DNA of 64,000 nt. Source: Erysipelotrichaceae bacterium. GTDB taxonomy: Bacteria > Bacillota_I > Bacilli_A > Erysipelotrichales > Erysipelotrichaceae. The DNA is taken from contig JAAWON010000001.1 in the NCBI GenBank assembly GCA_022799495.1, positions 39,684 through 103,683 on the forward strand. Reading direction: 5' to 3'. The notes below the pieces were generated by a model. That model saw only the letters and a program-made list of their open reading frames with translations. It did not search any database and was not told the DNA's origin. Shown here piece after piece: positions 32,539-42,592 of this stretch. Numbering within the stretch: the first letter of the stretch is position 1; each line of letters starts with the position of its first letter. Position numbers and translations under genes: made by a program.

Positions 32539-33506
32539 AATCCCAACAGCCTTTCTTTTTCACTCATATCTTCAATTCCCTGCATATCCGCATATTGAAT
32601 ATTCTGCGGATAATTGGCAATGGTATTTTCCTGATTCACCAAAATTTGTTCCGGTGAGAAATGTTTCTTATCATATACGAGGAAATCATTGACGAGAAAG
32701 GAGAACACCCGTCTGATATCCTCATCCGTTTCACGACCTTTGATCAATCCGGTACCGGTCAATGAGTACGGAGATCCCTCTGCGGGATAAATGATTTTAA
32801 AATCATTGCCGTTATTGATCTCATTCACCGCTTGGAATGTCAATCCCAAACCGATGGCAACCTCTCCTTGGATCAACAATTTGATCGGTCCCGATCCGCT
32901 TTCACTGAACAACTTGATATTTCGCTCCAAATCATCAATATAAGCAAGCGCCGCTTCATCCCCCATCGTATTGATCAAACTCTTGTAGAAGAAATAACCG
33001 GTGCCGCTTGATTTAGGATCCGGCATAGCAATCAATCCTTTGTACATCGGATCCAATAAATCCTCATAAGTTTGCGGTTGCGGTAAGCCATGCTTTTCCA
33101 AAACACTTGGATTGATAATGAACGCACCAGCCTGTCGCTCCCATGTCACATATAAATTATCATGATCCGCAGGCGCTAACCCCTCCATAAATTCTTGATG
33201 ACTGTATCCAGAAATATCACCCAATGCATCCTCAATGAAATGCATATAGGAAGTTTCCAAGCCAACTATCATATCCGCATCACTGTTCTCCCCCTCCATG
33301 TGGATTTTAGCGGCAGCCTTGGCGGTAGGTATATACATCACACGAATGGCCAAATCGGGAAAGCGCTCATCCAACTGCTTTTGCAGTTCTTCCCCGCGAA
33401 ATTGTTCCAAGCAGGAATAGATGATAATCGTTTGTTCCTTATTACGTGTCACCATAAATAATAGGATGGCAGTGATCACGGTCAATAAAACAAAAACCTT
33501 TTTCAT
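32526..33506 (-). CDS. ABC substrate-binding protein (AfuA/AEP-type)
   Basis: P.TYEDLLDP.YKG.IAMPDP.SSGTGY, SGSGP. Confidence 0.88.
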   Translation of the reverse strand: MKKVFVLLTVITAILLFMVTRNKEQTIIIYSCLEQFRGEELQKQLDERFPDLAIRVMYIPTAKAAAKIHMEGENSDADMIVGLETSYMHFIEDALGDISGYSHQEFMEGLAPADHDNLYVTWERQAGAFIINPSVLEKHGLPQPQTYEDLLDPMYKGLIAMPDPKSSGTGYFFYKSLINTMGDEAALAYIDDLERNIKLFSESGSGPIKLLIQGEVAIGLGLTFQAVNEINNGNDFKIIYPAEGSPYSLTGTGLIKGRETDEDIRRVFSFLVNDFLVYDKKHFSPEQILVNQENTIANYPQNIQYADMQGIEDMSEKERLLGLWKY

Positions 33507-33792
33507 AGCAGCTCCTGTCGTTCATTTATATTGAAATAATCCAATAATTTGAACACTATACGGTTATATTATACCGATTTCAGTTATAAATGCAATAGCT
33601 AAAATCAAATTTGTCTTCGATAATCTGAATCAATTGAATTTATTTGTATCATTTTCCCCCTAATGAACAAATAATCATTTACAAATCGCCATTTATGTTG
33701 TAAGATTGAGCATGCGAAATAGGTTTTTGAACATAATAATACTGTTTCACTCAAACAATAAAAGCATAAAAAATGCAGGAAAGGAACCCCTC

Positions 33793-34701
33793 ATGAATCT
33801 AACATTATTACAATTTGAACTGCTCGTAAGAATCGAACGTCATCCAAAGCAGAAACATTCCCAAAGAGAATTGGCCAAAGCACTGGATGTTTCACTTGGT
33901 GTTATCAATAAGACAATGAAGGAATTAAGCGATCGTGAGTTAATCATGCCTATGGGCAACAGTAAATATGAAATCACCTTGAAAGGGTATGAATGGCTGG
34001 AGCCTTATCGAGTAAAAAGAGCCATCTTTATGGCTGCGGGCTTTGGCAGTCGCATGGTTCCGGTTACGCTGAATACCCCCAAACCACTGATTAAGGTTTG
34101 TGGCAAGCGCATTATTGAAACCTTGCTGGATGCGGTGCTGGCGGCCGGTATTCAAGATATCATAATCGTTCGCGGTTATCTCGGTGAACAATTCGACGTG
34201 TTATTGAAACAATATCCGATGATCAAATTCATCGAAAATCCCATTTATAATGAATCCAATAATATCTCCAGCGCCTATATGATGCGGGATCTCATAGAAA
34301 ATGCCTATGTTTTAGAATCTGATCTTGTCTTGTATAACCCTGATATTATTCGCAAATATGAATATACCTCCAATTATACGGGTATGAAGGTGGATGTAAC
34401 GGATGACTGGTGCTTTGAGACAAAAAACAATGTCATAACAAAAGTAAAAGTAGGTGGAAAACAGGTTCACCACATGTATGGCATCTCCTATTGGACCAAA
34501 GAAGATGGATTAAAACTGCGTCAGGATATTGATGCGGTATTCCATATGCCCGGAGGAAAAGAACACTATTGGGATGAGGTTGCCCTGCGTGAGTGCATGG
34601 ATCATTATGCGGTACATGTACGCCCGGTTGCCAAAGGGGATGTTGTAGAGATTGATACCTTCAATGAATTAAAGCAGATTGATCCTGTATACAATGTATA
34701 A
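33793..34701 (+). CDS. winged-HTH fused LicC/PntC-type cytidylyltransferase
   Basis: N-term SQRELAKALDVSLG.IN HTH; AAGFGSRM.P.T..TPKPL NTP-transferase; C-term EIDTFNEL. Confidence 0.88.
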   Translation: MNLTLLQFELLVRIERHPKQKHSQRELAKALDVSLGVINKTMKELSDRELIMPMGNSKYEITLKGYEWLEPYRVKRAIFMAAGFGSRMVPVTLNTPKPLIKVCGKRIIETLLDAVLAAGIQDIIIVRGYLGEQFDVLLKQYPMIKFIENPIYNESNNISSAYMMRDLIENAYVLESDLVLYNPDIIRKYEYTSNYTGMKVDVTDDWCFETKNNVITKVKVGGKQVHHMYGISYWTKEDGLKLRQDIDAVFHMPGGKEHYWDEVALRECMDHYAVHVRPVAKGDVVEIDTFNELKQIDPVYNV

Positions 34702-34868
34702 AATAAAATTGATTAGTTTGCTCTAATCAGATAAAGAAAGTGGTTCCCATGCGAATGCGATCCACTTTTTTTTCATGTGCTGATTTCAAATCAATCACTA
34801 TGATTCAATCCACTTCATCTTCATTTCCCTTTATAGGAATTAAGATAGGATGAGCGGATAATTTCTGC

Positions 34869-34897
34869 TTGTCAATTCCTTAGCCTTTCTTTATAAT
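34869..34897 (+). promoter_or_regulatory. sigma-A promoter
   Basis: TTGTCA-17 nt-TATAAT. Confidence 0.6.
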
Positions 34898-34987
34898 TAA
34901 GGCAATTAAAGCCAAAGTCATAGATTGTATTGGCACATGCAAAAGAAGCTGATCATATCACTGTTCCATATCAAAGGGGGAAGGAAG

Positions 34988-35782
34988 ATGAATCCAAAAC
35001 AACTGCTGGAACAAGCAGACACCATCCATCACACAGAACTACATCTAAGTGCGACAAATCATCAAGCACTGCCAAGGTTATCAAATGGTGCCTTAGTGGA
35101 ACTGAAACAAGGTTCCCTGCTTTATCATTGTCTTGATGAGCGTGAACCGCTAAACTCACCACAGTGGTATCTATTTTCAGCACGTTCCAGTGCTGAATTA
35201 CATCCCCTTGATTCTGCCATTCTCTCCTTATGGCAGTGGCAAGGGCTCTGTCTCACGATTTCTGAGACGCCTTGGATTTGTCTTACCCTCTCTGCATTAG
35301 AACAGGAATTGATCCATGCGTTGCGCCAATGCATGATAGATTCAAATGTGGATCCAATCTGGTTGGAAACACTGAGCGCAACCTTATTGATGTCTTTGCG
35401 CCGGCGTATTCCTTCCCTTTCCTTTCATCCTGCCAAGCGCACTTCATTTCTCATGCAACAAATCACGGATTATATGCATACACATTATCAGGAAACAATT
35501 TCATTGGATCAACTGGCACAACAATTTCACCGTGATAAATATGCCTTAGCCCATCATTTCAAACATCATAGCGGCACCACTATCACCGCTGTTTTAACCC
35601 AAATTCGCCTATCACACGCAAAAACACAACTATGCCAAACTCATCATTCCATTCATGAAATTGCTCAGCATTGTGGTTTTTCCAGCACCTCTTACTTCAT
35701 CCAGTGCTTTCGTAAACAATTTCATCTGACACCTTTACAATACCGCAAGCAATATCAGCGAAACAAGCGCGTTTTGCGATAA
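34988..35782 (+). CDS. AraC family transcriptional regulator
   Basis: C-terminal ISLDQLA...IA..CGFSS.SYF...FRK....TP.QYR. Confidence 0.9.
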   Translation: MNPKQLLEQADTIHHTELHLSATNHQALPRLSNGALVELKQGSLLYHCLDEREPLNSPQWYLFSARSSAELHPLDSAILSLWQWQGLCLTISETPWICLTLSALEQELIHALRQCMIDSNVDPIWLETLSATLLMSLRRRIPSLSFHPAKRTSFLMQQITDYMHTHYQETISLDQLAQQFHRDKYALAHHFKHHSGTTITAVLTQIRLSHAKTQLCQTHHSIHEIAQHCGFSSTSYFIQCFRKQFHLTPLQYRKQYQRNKRVLR

Positions 35783-35870
35783 ACCAGCCTATCAATACAA
35801 AAAAACAACAGCCGCTGTCTAAAGAAATTCTTAGGCCATTGACTGTTGTTTTTATTTAACGTATGAATGA

Positions 35871-36188
35871 TTATGCTTTTACTTTCACACAGGTGCCATC
35901 CGGTCCCGGAGTGGAGTTCAAATACTCGGCAATTTTCGCTTTTTGATCTGCCTTGCAGGGACGACAAGTTCCCACAACACTAACCTCACCGGTTACCAAA
36001 GCCTCAGCCAAACCTGAACAACCTGCATAGCCACAGCTACCGCAATTATAGTTTGGCAGCATCGCTGTAACAGTTTCGATTCGCTCATCTACTTCCACCT
36101 GCAAGTATTTGTCCGCAACACCTAGGCCAAGTCCTAAGACAGCACCCAGCACCAGCATCATTGCGACCGCAACGATTATCGCTTCCAT
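35871..36188 (-). CDS. rnfB: Rnf complex subunit B, truncated (TM plus FeS domain only)
   Basis: LP.YNCGSCGYAGC...A.AL, CRPC; ends at 105 aa with no ferredoxin repeats. Confidence 0.85.
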   Translation of the reverse strand: MEAIIVAVAMMLVLGAVLGLGLGVADKYLQVEVDERIETVTAMLPNYNCGSCGYAGCSGLAEALVTGEVSVVGTCRPCKADQKAKIAEYLNSTPGPDGTCVKVKA

Positions 36189-36203
36189 GCCAACCTTCCT
36201 TTC

Positions 36204-36365
36204 CTACTGGTCATGTGATGGATGCAGCGCACAGGAACTGTCATGGCATCCTTCACACTCCGCCTTAATATTCTCGCAGCCTTCCGGCAGCGGTGTTTTA
36301 TGATTCAGATAATATAACAAAGCGTAAATCCCAGCCAATCCGGCAAAGAATAATACGGCTGCCAT
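36204..36365 (-). CDS. 53-aa Cys-rich single-TM protein inside the rnf operon
   Basis: MAAVLFFAGLAGIYALLYYLNHKTPLPEGCENIKAECEGCHDSSCALHPSHDQ; start overlaps the rnfA stop (TAATG); stop abuts the rnfB RBS. Confidence 0.75.
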   Translation of the reverse strand: MAAVLFFAGLAGIYALLYYLNHKTPLPEGCENIKAECEGCHDSSCALHPSHDQ

Positions 36366-36946
36366 TATACCAAACCTGCCAATCCGCTAAAAGCAAGCGC
36401 CATAATTCCGGCAACGATCAATGCGATCGGATTCCCCTGAAAAGCTGCCGGGACATTGCTTGCGTCCAAACGCTCACGGATCGTGGAGAAAATATATAGC
36501 ACCAAGGTAAAGCCGATTGGAATCGCCAGTGCATAGGTCATCATTTCCGCAAAATTATAACCTTCGGAAATGTTATTCAAAGTGACATTTAGCACAACAC
36601 AGTTGGTTGTGATCAAGGGCAGATAAACACCCAATGCCTTATACAAAGAGGGACTCATCTTCTTGATTACCATCTCGACCAACTGTACCAAAGATGCGAT
36701 AACCAAGATGAATGTAATCAAGTCCATGTATTGTAAGTTTAAAGGCTCCAGTACCGCATAATACAAACCATATGTGACCAAAGAAGCCGCAACGATAACG
36801 AAGGTTACCGCCGCCCCCATGCCCAATGCCGAACTGCTTTTCTTAGATACGCCCATAAATGGACAGATACCTAAGAACTGATTTAAGATGACATTGTTAA
36901 TCAAGGTAAACGTGATGAACATCACAAACAAATTACCGAAATCCAT
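36365..36946 (-). CDS. rnfA: Rnf complex subunit A
   Basis: FLGICPFMGVSKK, LPLITTNC. Confidence 0.95.
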   Translation of the reverse strand: MDFGNLFVMFITFTLINNVILNQFLGICPFMGVSKKSSSALGMGAAVTFVIVAASLVTYGLYYAVLEPLNLQYMDLITFILVIASLVQLVEMVIKKMSPSLYKALGVYLPLITTNCVVLNVTLNNISEGYNFAEMMTYALAIPIGFTLVLYIFSTIRERLDASNVPAAFQGNPIALIVAGIMALAFSGLAGLV

Positions 36947-36949
36947 AAA

Positions 36950-37642
36950 TTACTTCGCCTCCTTTGCCAGCTGCGCCGCCTGTTGCTTCGCTTCTGCTTC
37001 CCGTTTGGCTTCTTTCGCGTTTTGATGATTTTTATACGCTGCCAAACCACCGGCCAAGAACGCAAAAGTAATGAATGCACCAAACGGCTGTGAGAACATG
37101 GAGATGATATAATCTTCAGGGATCAAACGAAATGAGAAGATCACCTGTTCCATATCAAACGGATTCTCAAATGATAAGATACCGGTAGCCAAAATCTGGC
37201 GCAGTGCCGACATCACAATGATGGATACCGTATAACCGAGTCCCATTCCCAAACCATCAAGTGCGGAATCAAAAATTCCATTTTTGGAGGCAAACGCTTC
37301 TGCTCGCCCCAAGATGATGCAGTTTACGACAATCAAAGGAATGAATACACCTAGCGCACTATCTAATGCCGGGGCATATGCCTTTATTAACATTTGAATA
37401 ATCTTAACTAAAGTCGCAATCACAACGATATAGACAGGAATACGAATCTCACTTGGCGTTACTTTACGCAGGCAGGAGATGATCACGTTGCTCATCACCA
37501 ATACCAGGATAACCGCAACACCCATACCAATCGCATTGTTTAATGTCGTTGTAATAGCCAATGTGGAACATAATCCAAGATACAAACCGAAGACCGGATT
37601 TTCACGGATGAATCCGGCAGTAAAATTTTCTTTACGATTCAT
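36950..37642 (-). CDS. rnfE: Rnf complex subunit E
   Basis: ENPVF...LGLC.TLA, PLIVVNCIILGRAEAFA. Confidence 0.95.
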   Translation of the reverse strand: MNRKENFTAGFIRENPVFGLYLGLCSTLAITTTLNNAIGMGVAVILVLVMSNVIISCLRKVTPSEIRIPVYIVVIATLVKIIQMLIKAYAPALDSALGVFIPLIVVNCIILGRAEAFASKNGIFDSALDGLGMGLGYTVSIIVMSALRQILATGILSFENPFDMEQVIFSFRLIPEDYIISMFSQPFGAFITFAFLAGGLAAYKNHQNAKEAKREAEAKQQAAQLAKEAK

Positions 37643-37653
37643 GATTCACCCTC

Positions 37654-38163
37654 CTACTTTAAGTTTTCCAGCAGATACTTGCCTGCTTCATGGATACCGT
37701 CTACCACCGGTTTGGAGGACACTGTGGCACCGGCAATGATATCCAGTTCATCCTCGGCATTTTTACCAACCAGCGCATCATGGAAGGAAGCATCCGCAAC
37801 CTTAGTTCCGATTCCCTGCGTATCCCCATTGGAAATCACCACATAATCAATAATCTTCGCCTGATCATCCAAGGCTACCATGAAACTGGTGCCTTCCTTA
37901 TAACCGCTTACTTGTAACTTAAAGACAGTTCCTTTTCCTGCCACCTGAAAGATCTTTTCAATCGTTTCAGAATCCTTGACGGCGATTTCCTTAAAATCAT
38001 CATCACTGGCATCCGGAAAAATCAATGCCAAATTCTCTTTTTCTGCGGCAAGTGCATTCGCTGCGACAATCGGCGCAGTTAAACTGTTGGCAAATGCCAA
38101 AGCGCCGCCGGCAATCGCTGCGACCAGAGCTAAGAACAAGGTCAAGTGCAATACTTTTTTCAT
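37654..38163 (-). CDS. rnfG: Rnf complex subunit G (FMN-binding)
   Basis: N-term TM, T.GIG, DIIAGATVSS. Confidence 0.9.
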   Translation of the reverse strand: MKKVLHLTLFLALVAAIAGGALAFANSLTAPIVAANALAAEKENLALIFPDASDDDFKEIAVKDSETIEKIFQVAGKGTVFKLQVSGYKEGTSFMVALDDQAKIIDYVVISNGDTQGIGTKVADASFHDALVGKNAEDELDIIAGATVSSKPVVDGIHEAGKYLLENLK

Positions 38164-38176
38164 ACCTGCTTACCTC

Positions 38177-39697
38177 CTAATATCCCAGTGCCTTCTTGAC
38201 TTCCAGAAGGGCACGCATCGACGATTTCACAGAGAAGGTCGCTCCGGAAACCACATCATTCTTTTGTACTTCTTGTAGGGTTGAGATATCCTTTCCCTCA
38301 AATTGACTTAAGTACTTCTTATTTAAGATCTTATCGCCAATATAAGGAGTATCCTTGATTACCGTCGGGTTGAGTGAAACAATCGTCTTGCCATCGGCTG
38401 CGATCGTGATCTCAAATACATTAGGATCAAACGGATGATCATAGTTCGGCATATTCGGGCCTTCTTTTGCCGCATAACCTTCCGCCGTTACCGTATACGT
38501 CGTTGAACCGTCTTCATTTTGGAGTGAGCCATCCAAAGTCGCATTCAAAGCAGCCGTATAACTATCATCCATTGGAATCATCACAGTTTTCGGTTTTTCC
38601 GGTACTTTAGGCTCAGCCGGTGTAATCGCCGCATTTGCCAAAGCCATTGAACCGATTCCAAGTACACTCAATACACCAAGCGTCATCCATGCTTTTTTAC
38701 GCAGTGCCAACTGTTTGCCTGCAAATGCCTGTTCAATCGCCGGTGTCAACATATTCATAATCAGAATGGAATACATGCATCCTTCCGGCGCATTCGCAAG
38801 CACACGAATCAAAACGGTTATAATACCTGCGCCTAACGCAAAGACGCATTTGCCCATCTTGCTGGTTGGCGAAGTCACCGGATCGCTTAACATGAATACC
38901 GCCCCAAATACAACACCACCGGTACATAAATGATACAGCGGATACCAATAGAAATTGGTTATACTCATTCCGGCCATCAAGCCCAAAATACTGGTCAAAA
39001 CCAAAATGGAACCCAAATAGATAACAGGAACACGCCAATCAATCACCTTACGGATGATGAGTACCACACCAAGAACTAACAACAACAATGTGCAAGTCTC
39101 ACCCAATCCACCGGGATACCAACCGGTAAATAACGTCCATAAATCATACTTACCTAACAGTGCTGAAATCATGGAATCATTGATCGTCAGCCAGTTATAC
39201 TCCCCTGCGATTAACGCAGTCGGTGTTGCGGCAGTTGCCACATCCGCCACTTTTGCGCCGGCAAAGCTGGCAAAGATGATCGCAAATCCAACTGCGGCAG
39301 GATTAAAGATATTCTGACCGAAACCGCCGAATAAAATCCGACCAACAAAAATCGCAAAGAACGTTGCGATTGCCAATGCATACGGCTGCGTATCAACCGG
39401 ACACATCAACGTCAAGATAATTGCCGTAATCCAACCAAATGAGGAGGAAATATACGGTATCATCGCTTCCTTTTTAAAGAGTGCCCACAACGCTTCACAT
39501 ACAAATGTAACAACCAGCGCTGTCGCCATCAAAATAAGCGCCTGCATGACATATGCCGTTCCATATTCCGAATTGCTCGCATAATAGAACAAGGAGAAAG
39601 CATAAACGATCAATAATGCGATCGTCAGTTCCATCATCATGCGCTTGGTACTTAACTTCTGGCGTAAGTTGGGGCTTGCATTAAATACGAATTTCAT
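38177..39697 (-). CDS. rnfD: Rnf complex subunit D with C-terminal extra FMN-binding domain
   Basis: FGGFGQNIFNPA, DVATAATP, GET, FMLSDPVTSP; extension ending DVVSGATFS. Confidence 0.92.
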   Translation of the reverse strand: MKFVFNASPNLRQKLSTKRMMMELTIALLIVYAFSLFYYASNSEYGTAYVMQALILMATALVVTFVCEALWALFKKEAMIPYISSSFGWITAIILTLMCPVDTQPYALAIATFFAIFVGRILFGGFGQNIFNPAAVGFAIIFASFAGAKVADVATAATPTALIAGEYNWLTINDSMISALLGKYDLWTLFTGWYPGGLGETCTLLLLVLGVVLIIRKVIDWRVPVIYLGSILVLTSILGLMAGMSITNFYWYPLYHLCTGGVVFGAVFMLSDPVTSPTSKMGKCVFALGAGIITVLIRVLANAPEGCMYSILIMNMLTPAIEQAFAGKQLALRKKAWMTLGVLSVLGIGSMALANAAITPAEPKVPEKPKTVMIPMDDSYTAALNATLDGSLQNEDGSTTYTVTAEGYAAKEGPNMPNYDHPFDPNVFEITIAADGKTIVSLNPTVIKDTPYIGDKILNKKYLSQFEGKDISTLQEVQKNDVVSGATFSVKSSMRALLEVKKALGY

Positions 39698-39709
39698 CTC
39701 TTACCCTCC

Positions 39710-41005
39710 TTACTTCTTCGCCATAGCCATATGGCGTTTTGCTTTCCTTACATTTTCTGTTACTTCCAATTTGGAAGGACATACATAGGTGCACAGACCA
39801 CATTCAATACAATCAGATGCACATAGTTTTTCCATCATTGCTTTATCCTTTGTCTTTTCAGCCTGCGCAATGCGCACTGGCTGTAAGCCCACCGGACATA
39901 CATCACTGCACATACCGCAGCGCTGACAAGCAACCGGCTTCACCGTATGGTTTACAAGCACCGTGATCGCATTCATCTGACGCTCCACCACGAATTGATC
40001 ATTGACAATGGTCTTGCCCATCATTGGACCACCGGCAATCAGTTTCACTTCATCACTTGTATAACCGCCACATGCCGCAATCAATTCACTGGCCGGCACA
40101 CCAATTGGACAGTGGACATTGACCGGGTTCTTTACCCCATCGCCACTGAGTGTCAAAATGGAAGTAATGATGCCTTGACCTCTTAACAATGCCTTCGCAA
40201 AAGCATAACAGGTGTTCAGGTTATTGACAATCGCGCCTACCTCAATCGGCAGTTTATCATATTCTTTTTTCATGATATGGCGAACCAAGGCACGCTCCCA
40301 GCCAATCGGATAAACATCCGGCACCGCCTCAACGCGGACACCTCCGATATTGGCTACAGCTTTGGATACCAACTCCAATGTATCCGTATGCGTTTTCTTG
40401 ATCGCAATAACGACTTCTTCCGCCTGTGCCATCTTGCGCATTGCTAAAATACCGACCAAAATATCATCAAAACGGGTAGCCATCATCACATGATCGGCTG
40501 TGATATAAGGTTCACATTCGATCGCATCAATGATGAGTTTTTTTACCTCTTTGGCCTTTTCATACTTCACATAGGTAGGAAAACCGGCACCGCCTTTTCC
40601 AACAATCCCCGCTTCTTTCATAAAAGCGATCAATTCTTCTCTTGAAGCCTGTTGGTAATCAAGCGGCTGAAAAGCAGGCGCCTGTTCCATTTTGCCATCG
40701 CTTTCGATCACAATATGGTCTAGCGGCTTCAAACTCATGTGCATCCGCTTCTGCACTCCTTTTACAGTGCCGGAAACACTGGCATAGATCGGCATATACA
40801 TACGATCGTTGCATTCCGCAAGTTTCGTACCGACTTTGACCTGATCGCCTTCCTTTACCAAAACATCAAATTTCAATGAATGGTTCGCATATAAAGGAAT
40901 GAATACTTGAGAACCTGCCGCAACCTCCAGCAGTTCCTTGTCATCACTCAGTTCCTTATAGCCCGGCACATGTAGATGCATTGATCCAGTAAACAACGAC
41001 ATCAC
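39710..41005 (-). CDS. rnfC: Rnf complex subunit C
   Basis: GGAGFPT, ECEPYITAD, GGPMMG, two CxxCxxCxxxCP motifs. Confidence 0.95.
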   Translation of the reverse strand: MMSLFTGSMHLHVPGYKELSDDKELLEVAAGSQVFIPLYANHSLKFDVLVKEGDQVKVGTKLAECNDRMYMPIYASVSGTVKGVQKRMHMSLKPLDHIVIESDGKMEQAPAFQPLDYQQASREELIAFMKEAGIVGKGGAGFPTYVKYEKAKEVKKLIIDAIECEPYITADHVMMATRFDDILVGILAMRKMAQAEEVVIAIKKTHTDTLELVSKAVANIGGVRVEAVPDVYPIGWERALVRHIMKKEYDKLPIEVGAIVNNLNTCYAFAKALLRGQGIITSILTLSGDGVKNPVNVHCPIGVPASELIAACGGYTSDEVKLIAGGPMMGKTIVNDQFVVERQMNAITVLVNHTVKPVACQRCGMCSDVCPVGLQPVRIAQAEKTKDKAMMEKLCASDCIECGLCTYVCPSKLEVTENVRKAKRHMAMAKK

Positions 41006-41302
41006 ATTTCACCTTTCCTTTCTCTCTTTATGTCTGTTTTATTCTCAAGACACTATTTTTATTATATCATTTTATCCCCATGATACAAAGCGTTTTTTCC
41101 TTTTTCCCCTGTTTTTTCCTTTTTTTATAAGCCCTCATAAGGATACAAGCCATTTTTCTTTGGATTCACCCAGAGAAAGTATGCCTATCGCACTGTCCTT
41201 ATAAAAATGTAGTACCCTTCATAAATAACACACTGCCTTAGAAAAACTGGTCTGTTTATGGCAAGCGCAATTCATCTGTGATATAATAGCCACGGTGATT
41301 CG

Positions 41303-42406
41303 ATGAAAAAAATAGTGTTGATCTTCAGTCTTTGTCTCATGCTTTGCGGTTGTCATGAAAAGCCCGCTTTAAGCAAACACAGCGGTCAAATTTTAGATGG
41401 TGGTTTTGACACCTTTATTCAGTTGATTGCCTATACCCAAAGCGAGGATGAATATGAAGACTATCTTGCCTTAACTAAGGAACGCTTTCAATATTATAAT
41501 GCCCTATTTGATCGCTATCATAATTATGAAGGAATCAACAATCTCAAAACGATCAACGACAATGCAGGGAAACAAGCGGTCGCAGTGGATCAGGAACTGA
41601 TTGCGCTGTTAAAGCAAACCAAACAATATACACAGCTGGCAAATGGCCGTTATGATGTGAGTTTCGGTGCTGTTTTAGAGGTATGGCATCGCTATCGTGA
41701 AGAAGCGACATCAGGTGGTAAAATCGCCGTACCGACGATGGCAGAGCTAGAGGATGCATCGCTCCATACCGGTTGGGATTTGATTGAAATTGATGAACAG
41801 GCCGGTACTGTTTTTATCAAAGACCCATTCGCTTCCATTGATTTGGGCAGTGCAGCCAAAGGATATGCGGCAGAAAAATGCGCACTCGCCTTACAGGAAG
41901 CAGGGCTGCGCCATGCCATCTTGAATGCCGGTGGGAATGTGCGCATCATTGGCGATAAACCGGAAAGCGATAATCACAGTTGGAGTGTTGGCATACAACT
42001 TCCCTCCAATCAGGAAAGCGCTTCTTTGGCTACGGTTTATATGGATAAGGACAGTTCTTTTGTGACCAGCGGTGATTATCAGCGTGCCTATGAATATGAA
42101 GGAATCATGTATCATCATATCATTGATCCCAGCACATTGATGCCCGCCCGACACATGCGCTCATTGACAATTATCTGTGAAGATTCCGGTTTGGCGGATA
42201 TTTTATCCACCACCTTATTTACAATGAGTTACGAGGAAGGCAATGCCTTATTGACACAATTAAAAGAACAAGGGATTGCCGCAGAGGCAGTATGGGTCTT
42301 TGATGCGAATGAAACAGCGCCGGATATAGAATCGCTCTATACAAAAGGCAGTTATCTGATCGCCATCAGTGATGGCCTGCGCGATCATTTTGAACTGTCG
42401 AAATAA
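41303..42406 (+). CDS. apbE: FAD:protein FMN transferase lipoprotein
   Basis: Lipobox LCGC, IDLGSAAKGY, NAGGN, TSGDYQR, HHIIDP, ADILST. Confidence 0.93.
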   Translation: MKKIVLIFSLCLMLCGCHEKPALSKHSGQILDGGFDTFIQLIAYTQSEDEYEDYLALTKERFQYYNALFDRYHNYEGINNLKTINDNAGKQAVAVDQELIALLKQTKQYTQLANGRYDVSFGAVLEVWHRYREEATSGGKIAVPTMAELEDASLHTGWDLIEIDEQAGTVFIKDPFASIDLGSAAKGYAAEKCALALQEAGLRHAILNAGGNVRIIGDKPESDNHSWSVGIQLPSNQESASLATVYMDKDSSFVTSGDYQRAYEYEGIMYHHIIDPSTLMPARHMRSLTIICEDSGLADILSTTLFTMSYEEGNALLTQLKEQGIAAEAVWVFDANETAPDIESLYTKGSYLIAISDGLRDHFELSK

Positions 42407-42466
42407 ACCATAAAGCAACCGTTGATTGTCTTGGTAAAATTTAGCACAGATTTACAGATTATTTTA

Positions 42467-42496
42467 CTTGACGATTAACTGTATCAATGTTAAAGT
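42467..42496 (+). promoter_or_regulatory. sigma-A promoter of pfl
   Basis: TTGACG-17 nt-TAAAGT just before the riboswitch. Confidence 0.55.
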
Positions 42497-42504
42497 ATTG
42501 TCAA

Positions 42505-42592
42505 TTATATGACTGACGGAATATGGATGCGGACGCATGCATAGGTGGATCAACCACAGGGAGTATAAGGAACAGAGCCGACCGTCTGGGCA
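42505..42592 (+). ncRNA. ZMP/ZTP (pfl) riboswitch
   Basis: TGACTGACGGAA...GTGG-ATCAA-CCAC-AGGGAG...GCCGACCGTCTGGGCA; GACGG/CCGTC pseudoknot; upstream of pflB. Confidence 0.92.

Noticed and set aside
42431-42448. Possible Rex site upstream of pfl (TTGGTAAAATTTAGCACA)
   Set aside because: About four mismatches to the consensus; not supportable without a matrix scan.
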